Source: an uncultured Desulfospira sp.
Lineage (GTDB): Bacteria; Desulfobacterota; Desulfobacteria; Desulfobacterales; Desulfobacteraceae
Assembly (NCBI GenBank): GCA_963663165.1
Contig: OY760175.1
Span: forward strand, 704,001-768,000
Direction: 5' to 3'
Length of the DNA: 64,000 bases
Shown here in pieces: positions 1 to 7,367 of the stretch. The first letter of the stretch is position 1. Every line of letters begins with the position of its first letter. A program made the position numbers and the translations under genes. The notes below the pieces were generated by a model. It had not been told where the DNA came from. It made no database searches and saw nothing but the letters and a program-made list of their open reading frames with translations.

Positions 1-1
1 G

Positions 2-409
2 GTTTTAGGGTTTAACCTGATCCTTGCCTGTCCGGACCAGCATGGGGTAAAGCCTGAGATTATCAAGGGGTGCGCCGCAGATACAAAGCCCAATATTGTA
101 TTTACAAATGATCCCAAAGAAGCGGTTAAAAACGCGGATGTCGTGTATACCGATGTCTGGGCCAGCATGGGAGAAGAAGACGAACTCGAAGACCGGATCA
201 AGGTGTTTCAGGGATTTCAGGTCAACCATGGCCTGCTGTCGCTGGCCAGGCCCGATGTCCTGGTCATGCACTGCCTGCCGGCCCACAGAGGAGAGGAAAT
301 CAGCGAGGAGGTCCTTGAGGCCCCCAATGCAGCGTTCTGGGACCAGGCTGAAAACAAACGGCATATGCACAAAGCCATTCTGGAAGCCTTAATCATAGGC
401 CGTGTTTGA
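2..409 (+). CDS. argF: Ornithine carbamoyltransferase, 3' part (gene starts before the window)
   Basis: Open frame from base 2 contains YTDVWASMG, MHCLPAHRGEEI and QAENK motifs of OTCase; lies directly upstream of argH. Confidence 0.95.
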   Translation, partial: VLGFNLILACPDQHGVKPEIIKGCAADTKPNIVFTNDPKEAVKNADVVYTDVWASMGEEDELEDRIKVFQGFQVNHGLLSLARPDVLVMHCLPAHRGEEISEEVLEAPNAAFWDQAENKRHMHKAILEALIIGRV

Positions 410-462
410 ACGAAAGGTCACCCACCTGCGGCATTAAAACAAAAGGAAAGCGTAATAGGGTT

Positions 463-1857
463 ATGAGTGATAAACTCTGGGGCGGAAGATTTTCAGAAAG
501 CACCGATGAACTGGTGGAAAAGTTCAATGCCTCCATTAACGTGGACAAGCGCCTTTATGACTGTGACATTGAAGGCTCCATGGCCCATCTGAAAATGATG
601 GAAAAGCAGGGCATGATTACGCCCGAAGAGGCCAAAACCCTGATCCATGGCCTTGACCGGGTAAAGCAGAAAATTGAAAACCATGAGGTGGTCTTTTCCG
701 ACCGCCTGGAAGACATCCACATGCACGTGGAAGATGCCCTGGGCAAAGAGTGCGGGGATGTGGCCAAAAAACTGCATACCGGCCGGAGCCGGAATGACCA
801 GGTGGCCCTGGATGTGCGGATTTATCTTAAAAAAGAGACCTTGAACCTCATGGGCATGATCCGCTCCTTTCAACAGGCCCTGGTGGATACGGCCAGGGCA
901 CATATGGATGTCATCATGCCCGGGTATACCCATCTGCAGCGGGCCCAGCCCGTGCTGTTTGCCCATCATCTCATGGCCTACTACGAAATGTTCAACCGGG
1001 ATGCCCAGCGCCTTGAAGATTCACTCAAGCGCCTGGATGTGATGCCTTTAGGGGCAGCGGCGCTTGCCGGCACCACCTATCCTCTGGACCGGGCATATAC
1101 CGCCAGGGTTTTGGGGTTTGGAAGTGTTTCGGAAAACAGCATGGATTCGGTGGCTGACCGGGATTTTGTCATGGAATTTATTTCCCATTCCTCCATTCTT
1201 ATGATCCATTTGTCCCGGCTGTCCGAGGAACTGATCCTCTGGTCTTCTTCGGAATTTTCCTATATCACCATCTCTGATGCCTTTACCACGGGATCATCCA
1301 TCATGCCCCAGAAGAAGAATCCCGATGTGGCGGAACTGGTCCGGGGAAAAACCGGCCGGGTGGTGGGCAACCTGATGGCCATCATGACCTTGATGAAATC
1401 CCTTCCCCTGGCTTACAACAAGGACATGCAGGAAGACAAGGAACCCTTGTTCGACACTGTGGATACCCTGACCATCTGTCTGGATGTCTACACCAGAATG
1501 TTGGGCAACATCCGGGTGAACAAGGACCGGATGCTGGCGGCCTGCAAACAGGGCTTTTTAAATGCAACGGATTTTGCCGATTACCTGGTTAACCGGGGCA
1601 TGCCCTTCCGGCAGGCCCATTCCGTGGCCGGCAAAGCCGTGGCCCACGCCCTTGAACTCGGGAAAGAATTGGACGGGCTATCACTTACTGAACTGAAAAA
1701 GTTCAGTGATCTCATTGAAGAAGATATTTTTGAGTTTATCTCCCTTGAGCAGATGGTGGCCAGAAGAATCACCTATGGGGGAACCGGATTTGACAACGTC
1801 CGAAACGCTGTTGACCGGGCCCAAAACAACCTGTCTCAATATCAACCGGAGAAATAG
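463..1857 (+). CDS. argH: Argininosuccinate lyase
   Basis: KLWGGRF N-terminus, HTGRSRNDQ, GSSIMPQKKNPD signature; start taken at ATG 463. Confidence 0.97.
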   Translation: MSDKLWGGRFSESTDELVEKFNASINVDKRLYDCDIEGSMAHLKMMEKQGMITPEEAKTLIHGLDRVKQKIENHEVVFSDRLEDIHMHVEDALGKECGDVAKKLHTGRSRNDQVALDVRIYLKKETLNLMGMIRSFQQALVDTARAHMDVIMPGYTHLQRAQPVLFAHHLMAYYEMFNRDAQRLEDSLKRLDVMPLGAAALAGTTYPLDRAYTARVLGFGSVSENSMDSVADRDFVMEFISHSSILMIHLSRLSEELILWSSSEFSYITISDAFTTGSSIMPQKKNPDVAELVRGKTGRVVGNLMAIMTLMKSLPLAYNKDMQEDKEPLFDTVDTLTICLDVYTRMLGNIRVNKDRMLAACKQGFLNATDFADYLVNRGMPFRQAHSVAGKAVAHALELGKELDGLSLTELKKFSDLIEEDIFEFISLEQMVARRITYGGTGFDNVRNAVDRAQNNLSQYQPEK

Positions 1858-2292
1858 ATGAAACACCGCACTGCCATAACGCTGGCCTGTCTTTTTATGG
1901 GATGCCTGGCCATTTCTGCCTGCGGCTATAAAGGACCGCCCCTTCCGCCCCTTGCCAAGACCAGGGTTCTTACCCCGGTTGCGGGGTTAAGCTATGAGAT
2001 TTCGGAAGATACGGCCATCCTGTCATGGACCCATGAACCGGATCCCGAAGACGGCCTGTCCCCCGTGAGCTTTGAAGTTTCAAGTGCCGTCAGGGTGCCC
2101 GGCGAATGCGAAGGCTGCCCCCTGGTATTTACCGTTGCCGATACCGTTCCCATGCCCGAAATGAGTTACTCAAAGGCTGTTGAACCCGGTAACCGGTATT
2201 ATTTCAGGGTCAGGGCCGTTGGAAAAAATAATGTTAAAAGTGAATTTTCACCCACCATTTTAATTGAGCCCGGCCAACCCCCAGCCGATTAA
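1858..2292 (+). CDS. Lipoprotein with a fibronectin type III-like domain
   Basis: Signal peptide with lipobox (ISAC), CGYKGPPLPP, and FN3-like LSW...YYFRVRAV...SEFS pattern. Confidence 0.7.
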   Translation: MKHRTAITLACLFMGCLAISACGYKGPPLPPLAKTRVLTPVAGLSYEISEDTAILSWTHEPDPEDGLSPVSFEVSSAVRVPGECEGCPLVFTVADTVPMPEMSYSKAVEPGNRYYFRVRAVGKNNVKSEFSPTILIEPGQPPAD

Positions 2293-2311
2293 CCATCCCA
2301 TCAACTGATCC

Positions 2312-2812
2312 ATGGCATCTTATACCGCTTATTTAAGTATCGGCTCCAACAAGGGAGACAAAAAACAGAACCTTGACCGGGCCATCGACCATCTTGACCG
2401 CCACCCGTTAATTTCGGTTCTAAAGGTGTCCGGATTTTATAAAACAGCGCCCCAGAACTATGAAGATCAGGACTGGTTCGTTAATGCGGCCCTGAAAATC
2501 CAAACCCGTGTTTCAGACCCTTTAGACCTGTTAAAAATTCTCAAGGAAATTGAAGTACAGCTGGACGAGCACGGAAAGGAATTCAGGTTTGGCCCCCGCA
2601 AAATTGACCTGGATATTGTTTATTTTGAGGACTTGATTTTAAGCACCCCTTGCCTTGAAATCCCCCATCCGAGAATGCACGAAAGGTGCTTTGTTTTAAA
2701 GCCGGTCTGTGATATAGGAGCCCATACCGTTCATCCGGTGTTAAAGGTTGAGACAGTAACGTTATTGAAAGCCATTGAAAACCAGGAAGGCCAGGAAGTG
2801 ATTCGATTATAA
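2312..2812 (+). CDS. folK: 2-amino-4-hydroxy-6-hydroxymethyldihydropteridine diphosphokinase
   Basis: AYLSIGSNKG, FGPRKIDLDI, IPHPRMHERCFVL motifs. Confidence 0.95.
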   Translation: MASYTAYLSIGSNKGDKKQNLDRAIDHLDRHPLISVLKVSGFYKTAPQNYEDQDWFVNAALKIQTRVSDPLDLLKILKEIEVQLDEHGKEFRFGPRKIDLDIVYFEDLILSTPCLEIPHPRMHERCFVLKPVCDIGAHTVHPVLKVETVTLLKAIENQEGQEVIRL

Positions 2813-2816
2813 AAAA

Positions 2817-2893
2817 GCTATTAGCCTTTAGCTTTTAGCCATAAGGACTTACAGCTATTGGCTAAAGGCTAAATGCTGACAGCTAGTAGCTAA
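2817..2893. repeat. Palindromic heptamer repeat, TTAGCnn family
   Basis: (TTAGCnn)n left arm and (nnGCTAA)n right arm between folK and the transaldolase gene. Confidence 0.7.
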
Positions 2894-2904
2894 ATAAAAG
2901 GAGA

Positions 2905-3555
2905 TTGAAATTGAAATTTTTTATTGATACGGCAAACATTGAGCAAATCAAAGATGCGGCCAGCATGGGAATGGTTGACGGCGTCACCACCAACCCCTCT
3001 TTAATTGCCAAAGAAGAAGGTGAGTTTAAAGAGATTATCTCCAAAATCTGCGAGATCGTTGACGGGCCGGTCAGCGCTGAAGTCATCAGCCTTGAGTGTG
3101 ATGGTATGGTCAGTGAGGCCCGGGACCTGGCCCGGATTGCCTCAAACATTGTGGTTAAAATCCCCATGACCATTGAAGGCTTAAAGGCTGTTAAGATTCT
3201 GTCATCTGAAGGCATTAAAACCAACGTCACCCTGGTGTTTTCCGCCCTTCAGGCCCTCATGGCCGCCAAGGCCGGTGCCACTTATGTATCCCCGTTTGTG
3301 GGCCGCCTGGACGATCTGGCCCAGGAAGGCATGGAACTGATTGAAGAAATTGTCCAGATTTTTGCCAACTATGAGTTCAATACCCAGATCATCGTGGCCA
3401 GTATCCGCAACCCCCTCCATGTCCTGGATTCAGCCATGCTCGGTGCCGATATTGCCACCATCCCCCATGGGGTGCTAAAGAAACTGGCCGCCCACCATAT
3501 GACGGACAAGGGCATTGAATCTTTTATGGCGGACTGGAACAAAAAAAACCAATAA
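2905..3555 (+). CDS. Transaldolase / fructose-6-phosphate aldolase family protein
   Basis: [22 protein letters not shown] (Schiff-base Lys), [20 protein letters not shown] upstream. Confidence 0.93.
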   Translation: MKLKFFIDTANIEQIKDAASMGMVDGVTTNPSLIAKEEGEFKEIISKICEIVDGPVSAEVISLECDGMVSEARDLARIASNIVVKIPMTIEGLKAVKILSSEGIKTNVTLVFSALQALMAAKAGATYVSPFVGRLDDLAQEGMELIEEIVQIFANYEFNTQIIVASIRNPLHVLDSAMLGADIATIPHGVLKKLAAHHMTDKGIESFMADWNKKNQ

Positions 3556-3614
3556 AAGATGACGGGAATATGGGCTGACAACTTGGAAAAATCAGCACAA
3601 AATCCAATTTTTTA

Positions 3615-3643
3615 TTGACAAACAAGCCATAAACTTATATTAA
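3615..3643 (+). promoter_or_regulatory. Putative sigma70 promoter of the tRNA pair
   Basis: TTGACA at 3615-3620 followed by an AT-rich TATATTAA -10 region just upstream of tRNA-Gly. Confidence 0.55.
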
Positions 3644-3659
3644 AAACGCTTGTTGCTGA

Positions 3660-3734
3660 GCGGGAATAACTCAGTGGTAGAGTGCGACCTTGCCAAGGTC
3701 GAAGTCGCGGGTTCAAATCCCGTTTCCCGCTCCA
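3660..3734 (+). tRNA. tRNA-Gly (GCC)
   Basis: GCGGGAA acceptor stem, anticodon arm CGACC-TTGCCAA-GGTCG, GGTTCAAATCC T-arm, encoded CCA. Confidence 0.97.
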
Positions 3735-3736
3735 CC

Positions 3737-3811
3737 GGCGGCTTGGCCAAGGGGTAAGGCAACGGCCTGCAAAGCCGTTATTCTCCGGTTCAAATCCGGA
3801 AGCCGCCTCCA
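3737..3811 (+). tRNA. tRNA-Cys (GCA)
   Basis: GGCGGCT acceptor stem, anticodon arm ACGGC-CTGCAAA-GCCGT, T-arm GGTTCAAATCC, encoded CCA. Confidence 0.97.
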
Positions 3812-3856
3812 AAATAAAATCAAGGGGTTGAGATGAAAATCCAACCCCTTTTTTAT
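3761..3856 (+). repeat. attL direct repeat (3' part of tRNA-Cys plus downstream terminator)
   Basis: 96 bp matching 5973-6068 with 3 mismatches by direct alignment. Confidence 0.93.
3822..3856 (+). terminator. Intrinsic terminator after the tRNA pair
   Basis: AAGGGGTTG...CAACCCCTT hairpin followed by TTTT. Confidence 0.75.
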
Positions 3857-3948
3857 GCCTAAAAAATGCCGTTCCCCTTGTATGGGTGGGTTGCATCAGG
3901 CCCGGCAAAGAAAAGGTGACCGGTCCCGAGGAAAGAGTTATACGGTTT

Positions 3949-4545
3949 CTAAAGTTGAAGAGATTTTTCAAACTCCACATTTAAATAAATTTCAGATAAC
4001 GGCAATTCACAATTGGCCGATACGATTGTTACCGTCTGATCTAATTCTTCGTATGATTGATATCCCCATATATCACTTTGGCGTGTGTACTTTTCGACCC
4101 GGCATTCATGTTGGGAGACCAGGATATACTCTTGAAGTGTCGGGATTTTTTTGTAATTAAAGAACTTTTTTGCCCTGTCAAAAAGTTCTGTTGAATCTGA
4201 AAGGATTTCTATAATAACAACTGGGTTTGTCAGGTTGTCAAAATTATCATCATCAAATTCCGCATTACCGCAGGTAATAACAAGATCGGGATAAGTGTAT
4301 TTTTCATCCGAAATTTTTACCCGCATATCATTGGAAAATACTTCACAATCAAAATTGTCAGTTTCAAATTTGCTATGTAATTTTGCAGTAAGATTAACGT
4401 TGATACGGTTGTGGTGTCTGCTTGCTCCAACCATAGCGAAAATCTGACCATCGTAAAATTCATGTTTGATATCCAGAGACGCTCTTTCAAGGGCAAGATA
4501 CTCCTCTGGTGTCATAATGGTTTTTTCCTGCGGTTGTGAGTTCAT
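3949..4545 (-). CDS. Uma2-family (PD-(D/E)xK) putative endonuclease
   Basis: MTPEEYLALE, KHEFYDGQIFAM, YPDLVITC, PVVIIEILSDST, LQEYILVSQ are typical of Uma2/DUF820; SD AGGAG. Confidence 0.88.
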   Translation of the reverse strand: MNSQPQEKTIMTPEEYLALERASLDIKHEFYDGQIFAMVGASRHHNRINVNLTAKLHSKFETDNFDCEVFSNDMRVKISDEKYTYPDLVITCGNAEFDDDNFDNLTNPVVIIEILSDSTELFDRAKKFFNYKKIPTLQEYILVSQHECRVEKYTRQSDIWGYQSYEELDQTVTIVSANCELPLSEIYLNVEFEKSLQL

Positions 4546-4603
4546 GTTTTTTTCTCCTTACAGGGCTACGCTTATTCCAGTTGTCGTGGGCATTTAGGTT
4601 ATT

Positions 4604-5749
4604 CTATCTTTTAGATTCAAGATTCACAACCTTCTGGGTTGAATTATTCCCCTTTGGCCTCATGGCTTGTTCAATGGCGTTCCCGGCAGCATTGCCACCT
4701 TGCTTTATCCTCTTGTCTGCAAGGTGGGCATACCTCTGGAGCATGGCAAAAGTTTTATGGGCGGTCAAACGTTGCAGGGTGTAAAGATCAATTTCACCAG
4801 AGCTCACAGCCAGACTTGCGAACGTATGGCGCAATGATTGCAAGGGCCTGATTTCTTTTGGGAGGCCGGCCGCCTCTTTAATTTTGTTTATGGATTTTTG
4901 GGCATTTGTGCGTTTTTTGCCGCCTTTACCGGGGAAAACGTATTCACTGCCGGTCGTTATGTGACCTTCAAGGACAGATCGGGCCTGATCGTTCAGGGGG
5001 ATTATATCGTCTTTGCCGGATTTGGGGTCCCGAAGGGTAATAAAGCCCCGTTCAAAATCAATGTCCTGCCATTTCAGGTTGAAGAGCGATCCCCGGCGCA
5101 TTCCTGTGAACAATGCCAACAATATGATATTGCCGGCATGAGGGTGGTCATCTTCTTCAATGACCGTGAATAAGGCCTTTAATTGATCTTCTGAAAGGGC
5201 ATCGTTTTTTATATTATCCACGTTAGGCATTTCTATGATGAATGATAGGGGAGAACACAGGGCTTTTTTGACACCGAAGTTTATCAGTCTTTTGAGAAGG
5301 GCAAGAATATGTTTAGTGGTTTGTGGAGCATGGGTTTTCAGGTAATTCAAACGAACCCGGTCAACGCTTAACGGATCTATTTCATGAACTTTTTTTTTGC
5401 CAAAATTCGGTTTCACATATTTCTCATAACGATTCTTGTCTTTTTGGTAGTTAAGGTTGTGGGCCCGCTGTTTGGAATATTCTTCCCATAGGCGGTCAAT
5501 TGTGAATCTGGATTCTTCTTCAAGTTTTTTCACTCGGGTGGTTTTTCTTCGGCCTTCAAGATAATCGGACCTGATAACTGCTGCTTTTGCCGGGGTCATC
5601 TTATCTGCGTATTGCCGCCCAACTTTTTCTTCAATTACTTTGCCGTCCTTTTTGAACACGACATAATAAATTTTTTCTTCCCTATGGCCGCCAATTCGAT
5701 TTCCAATGCGATAAAAAACCCCTGGTTTGTCAGTTTTTTGTCGTTTCAT
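4604..5749 (-). CDS. Tyrosine recombinase / phage-type integrase
   Basis: TGMRRG (R), PKSG (K), QSLRHT, AHK and RYAH (Y) catalytic motifs; sits next to attR. Confidence 0.93.
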   Translation of the reverse strand: MKRQKTDKPGVFYRIGNRIGGHREEKIYYVVFKKDGKVIEEKVGRQYADKMTPAKAAVIRSDYLEGRRKTTRVKKLEEESRFTIDRLWEEYSKQRAHNLNYQKDKNRYEKYVKPNFGKKKVHEIDPLSVDRVRLNYLKTHAPQTTKHILALLKRLINFGVKKALCSPLSFIIEMPNVDNIKNDALSEDQLKALFTVIEEDDHPHAGNIILLALFTGMRRGSLFNLKWQDIDFERGFITLRDPKSGKDDIIPLNDQARSVLEGHITTGSEYVFPGKGGKKRTNAQKSINKIKEAAGLPKEIRPLQSLRHTFASLAVSSGEIDLYTLQRLTAHKTFAMLQRYAHLADKRIKQGGNAAGNAIEQAMRPKGNNSTQKVVNLESKR

Positions 5750-5972
5750 ACGCTGAATTGCTTCCTTGTTTTTCCCCTTATATTTTGATAGGGAATCTTG
5801 ACTGAATTGGGTTTTATTAAAAACTCATTTCCAACCCTATTTCCAACCTTCGTTAGAGAATATACGGTAAATTTGGGATAGTCAAGGTGAAAGAGGCGGC
5901 CAAAAACATACTGTAATTAAACAATAATTGTATGGTTTTGAAAAACATGGCAAATCCAGGTAAAACACTTAA

Positions 5973-6068
5973 AACGGCCTGCAAAGCCGTTATTCTCCGG
6001 TTCAAATCCGGAAGCCGCCTCCAATATAAAATCAAGGGTTTGGGATGAAAATCCAACCCCTTTTTTAT
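5973..6068 (+). repeat. attR direct repeat (truncated tRNA-Cys 3' end plus terminator copy)
   Basis: Duplicate of 3761-3856; lacks the tRNA 5' acceptor strand and D-arm. Confidence 0.93.
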
Positions 6069-6084
6069 TACGGGGGAATGAATA

Positions 6085-6819
6085 ATGAGTGAACAAAGCG
6101 TTCTGATGGACATTGACAGTTCAATTGCCTTGATCTCTTTGAACCGGCCCCAAAAACACAATGCCATTAACAAAGATCTTCTGGTTCAACTGTATGACTG
6201 CTTTGAAAGCGTATCGACCAGACCGGATATCAATGCGGTCATTTTAACGGGAAAGGGCAAATCCTTTTGTGCGGGAGTTGACCTTGAGGCGGTTAAAACC
6301 CAAGGGTTGTTCGATATCAGAGAGGACGGAAAAGAGCTGCCCGAGATATTCAAGGCCTGTCCGGTGCCCATAATTGGCGCGGTCAACGGACACGCCATTA
6401 CCGGCGGCCTTGAGATGGCCCTGTGCTGCGATTTCCTCATTGCCTCGGATCTGGCCGTATTCATCGACAGCCATGCAAAGCTTGGCATCCATCCGGGATG
6501 GGGATTAACCCAGCTTCTTCAGCAGGCCGTGGGCATCAGAAGGGCAGCCCAGATGTCTTTTACCGGCATGCCGGTGCCGGTCGGGCTAGCATTGGAGTGG
6601 GGCCTGGTCAATGAAGTGGTTCCTGCTAAAGACCTGGTTCCAAGGGCCAAGGCCATTGCCGGCCAAATCGGTGAGGCCAGCCCGGCCATCATCAAAAAAA
6701 TTAAATCTTTGATGAATTGTTCAGGCCAGATGAGCCGGGAGCAGGCCCTGGACCTTGAACGAAAAGGCTTTAAGCAATTTTTGAATGATCCTGAAAGCCT
6801 TGGCGACAGCGCGTTTTGA
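6085..6819 (+). CDS. Enoyl-CoA hydratase/isomerase (crotonase) family protein
   Basis: LNRPQKHNAI, FCAGVDL, AVNGHAITGGLEMALCCD, LGIHPGWG. Confidence 0.9.
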   Translation: MSEQSVLMDIDSSIALISLNRPQKHNAINKDLLVQLYDCFESVSTRPDINAVILTGKGKSFCAGVDLEAVKTQGLFDIREDGKELPEIFKACPVPIIGAVNGHAITGGLEMALCCDFLIASDLAVFIDSHAKLGIHPGWGLTQLLQQAVGIRRAAQMSFTGMPVPVGLALEWGLVNEVVPAKDLVPRAKAIAGQIGEASPAIIKKIKSLMNCSGQMSREQALDLERKGFKQFLNDPESLGDSAF

Positions 6820-6854
6820 TGCTTGGCTAAAAATACATTTTATCTCCCAAATAA

Positions 6855-6939
6855 TGGACTTGGGACTTGGGACTTGGGATATGGGACTTGGGGATTGCAG
6901 TATCCACGGCCTACCCAAGTCCCATATCCCAAGTCCCAA
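6855..6939. repeat. Palindromic heptamer repeat, GGGACTT family, copy 1
   Basis: (TGGGACT/TGGGATA)n, then the spacer GGATTGCAGTATCCACGGCCTA, then (CCCAAGT/CCCATAT)n; also at 12901 and 59814. Confidence 0.9.
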
Positions 6940-7047
6940 TTTTATACATTCATACAATCCCCACAACAGACATCAAACCATAATCCGCAAGTATCGCCTG
7001 CAGCCAAAAACATTGACTTTTCGGCTGTTTCTAATTATGAATAACAC

Positions 7048-7228
7048 TTGTTCAGGTGCATTTCACGCATGCTTTAACCATAAAGCATAGGGAATCCGGT
7101 TAAATTCCGGAACGGGCCCGCCGCTGTAGTTGGGGACGAACCCTGCAAACTGCCACTGTTGAAACGAATTTCGGCGGGAAGGCGCAGTCAGTAGAATGAT
7201 CCAATAGTCAGAAGACCTGCCTTAACAA
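7048..7228 (+). promoter_or_regulatory. Cobalamin riboswitch 1 (upstream of the corrinoid salvage operon)
   Basis: AGGTGC, ATAGGGAATCCGGTTAAATTCCGG, GCCCGCCGCTGT, GCCACTG...GGGAAGGC and B12-box AGTCAGAAGACCTGCC; P1 TTGTTCAGG/CCTTAACAA. Confidence 0.95.
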
Positions 7229-7285
7229 ATTTGGCCTTTCCTTGTGGTAAAGGAGGGTCAATACATTTTCGGATATAAATTAGGG

Positions 7286-7329
7286 ATGCTCCGAATCAGT
7301 AACACGCTGGTTCGGGGCATTTTATTTTT
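7286..7329 (+). terminator. Attenuator terminator of riboswitch 1
   Basis: ATGCTCCGAATCAG/CTGGTTCGGGGCAT hairpin plus T-rich tail, between the aptamer and the first start codon. Confidence 0.75.
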
Positions 7330-7367
7330 AAGCTGTTAGCCTTTAGCTAACCGATCAAGGACGGCAT

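Larger units (their letters stand above)
3761..6068. mobile_element. Minimal tRNA-Cys-integrated element (integrase plus Uma2 nuclease)
   Basis: Flanking 96-bp direct repeats, tyrosine integrase, visibly AT-richer than the flanks. Confidence 0.88.

Noticed and set aside
3612..3980. 122-aa minus-strand ORF
   Set aside because: Antisense shadow of the two tRNA genes.
5853..6173. 106-aa minus-strand ORF, and a possible second tRNA-Cys at 5973
   Set aside because: The ORF is antisense to attR and the crotonase gene; the tRNA copy lacks its 5' half and is an att site.
6855..6939. CRISPR array interpretation of the repeats
   Set aside because: No constant 25-40 bp repeats with unique spacers anywhere in the window, and no cas genes.
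6721..7090. Short ORFs with WDLG/SPIS repeats (also at 12720-13140 and 59713-60121)
   Set aside because: Translations of the heptamer repeat; no SD or coding signal.
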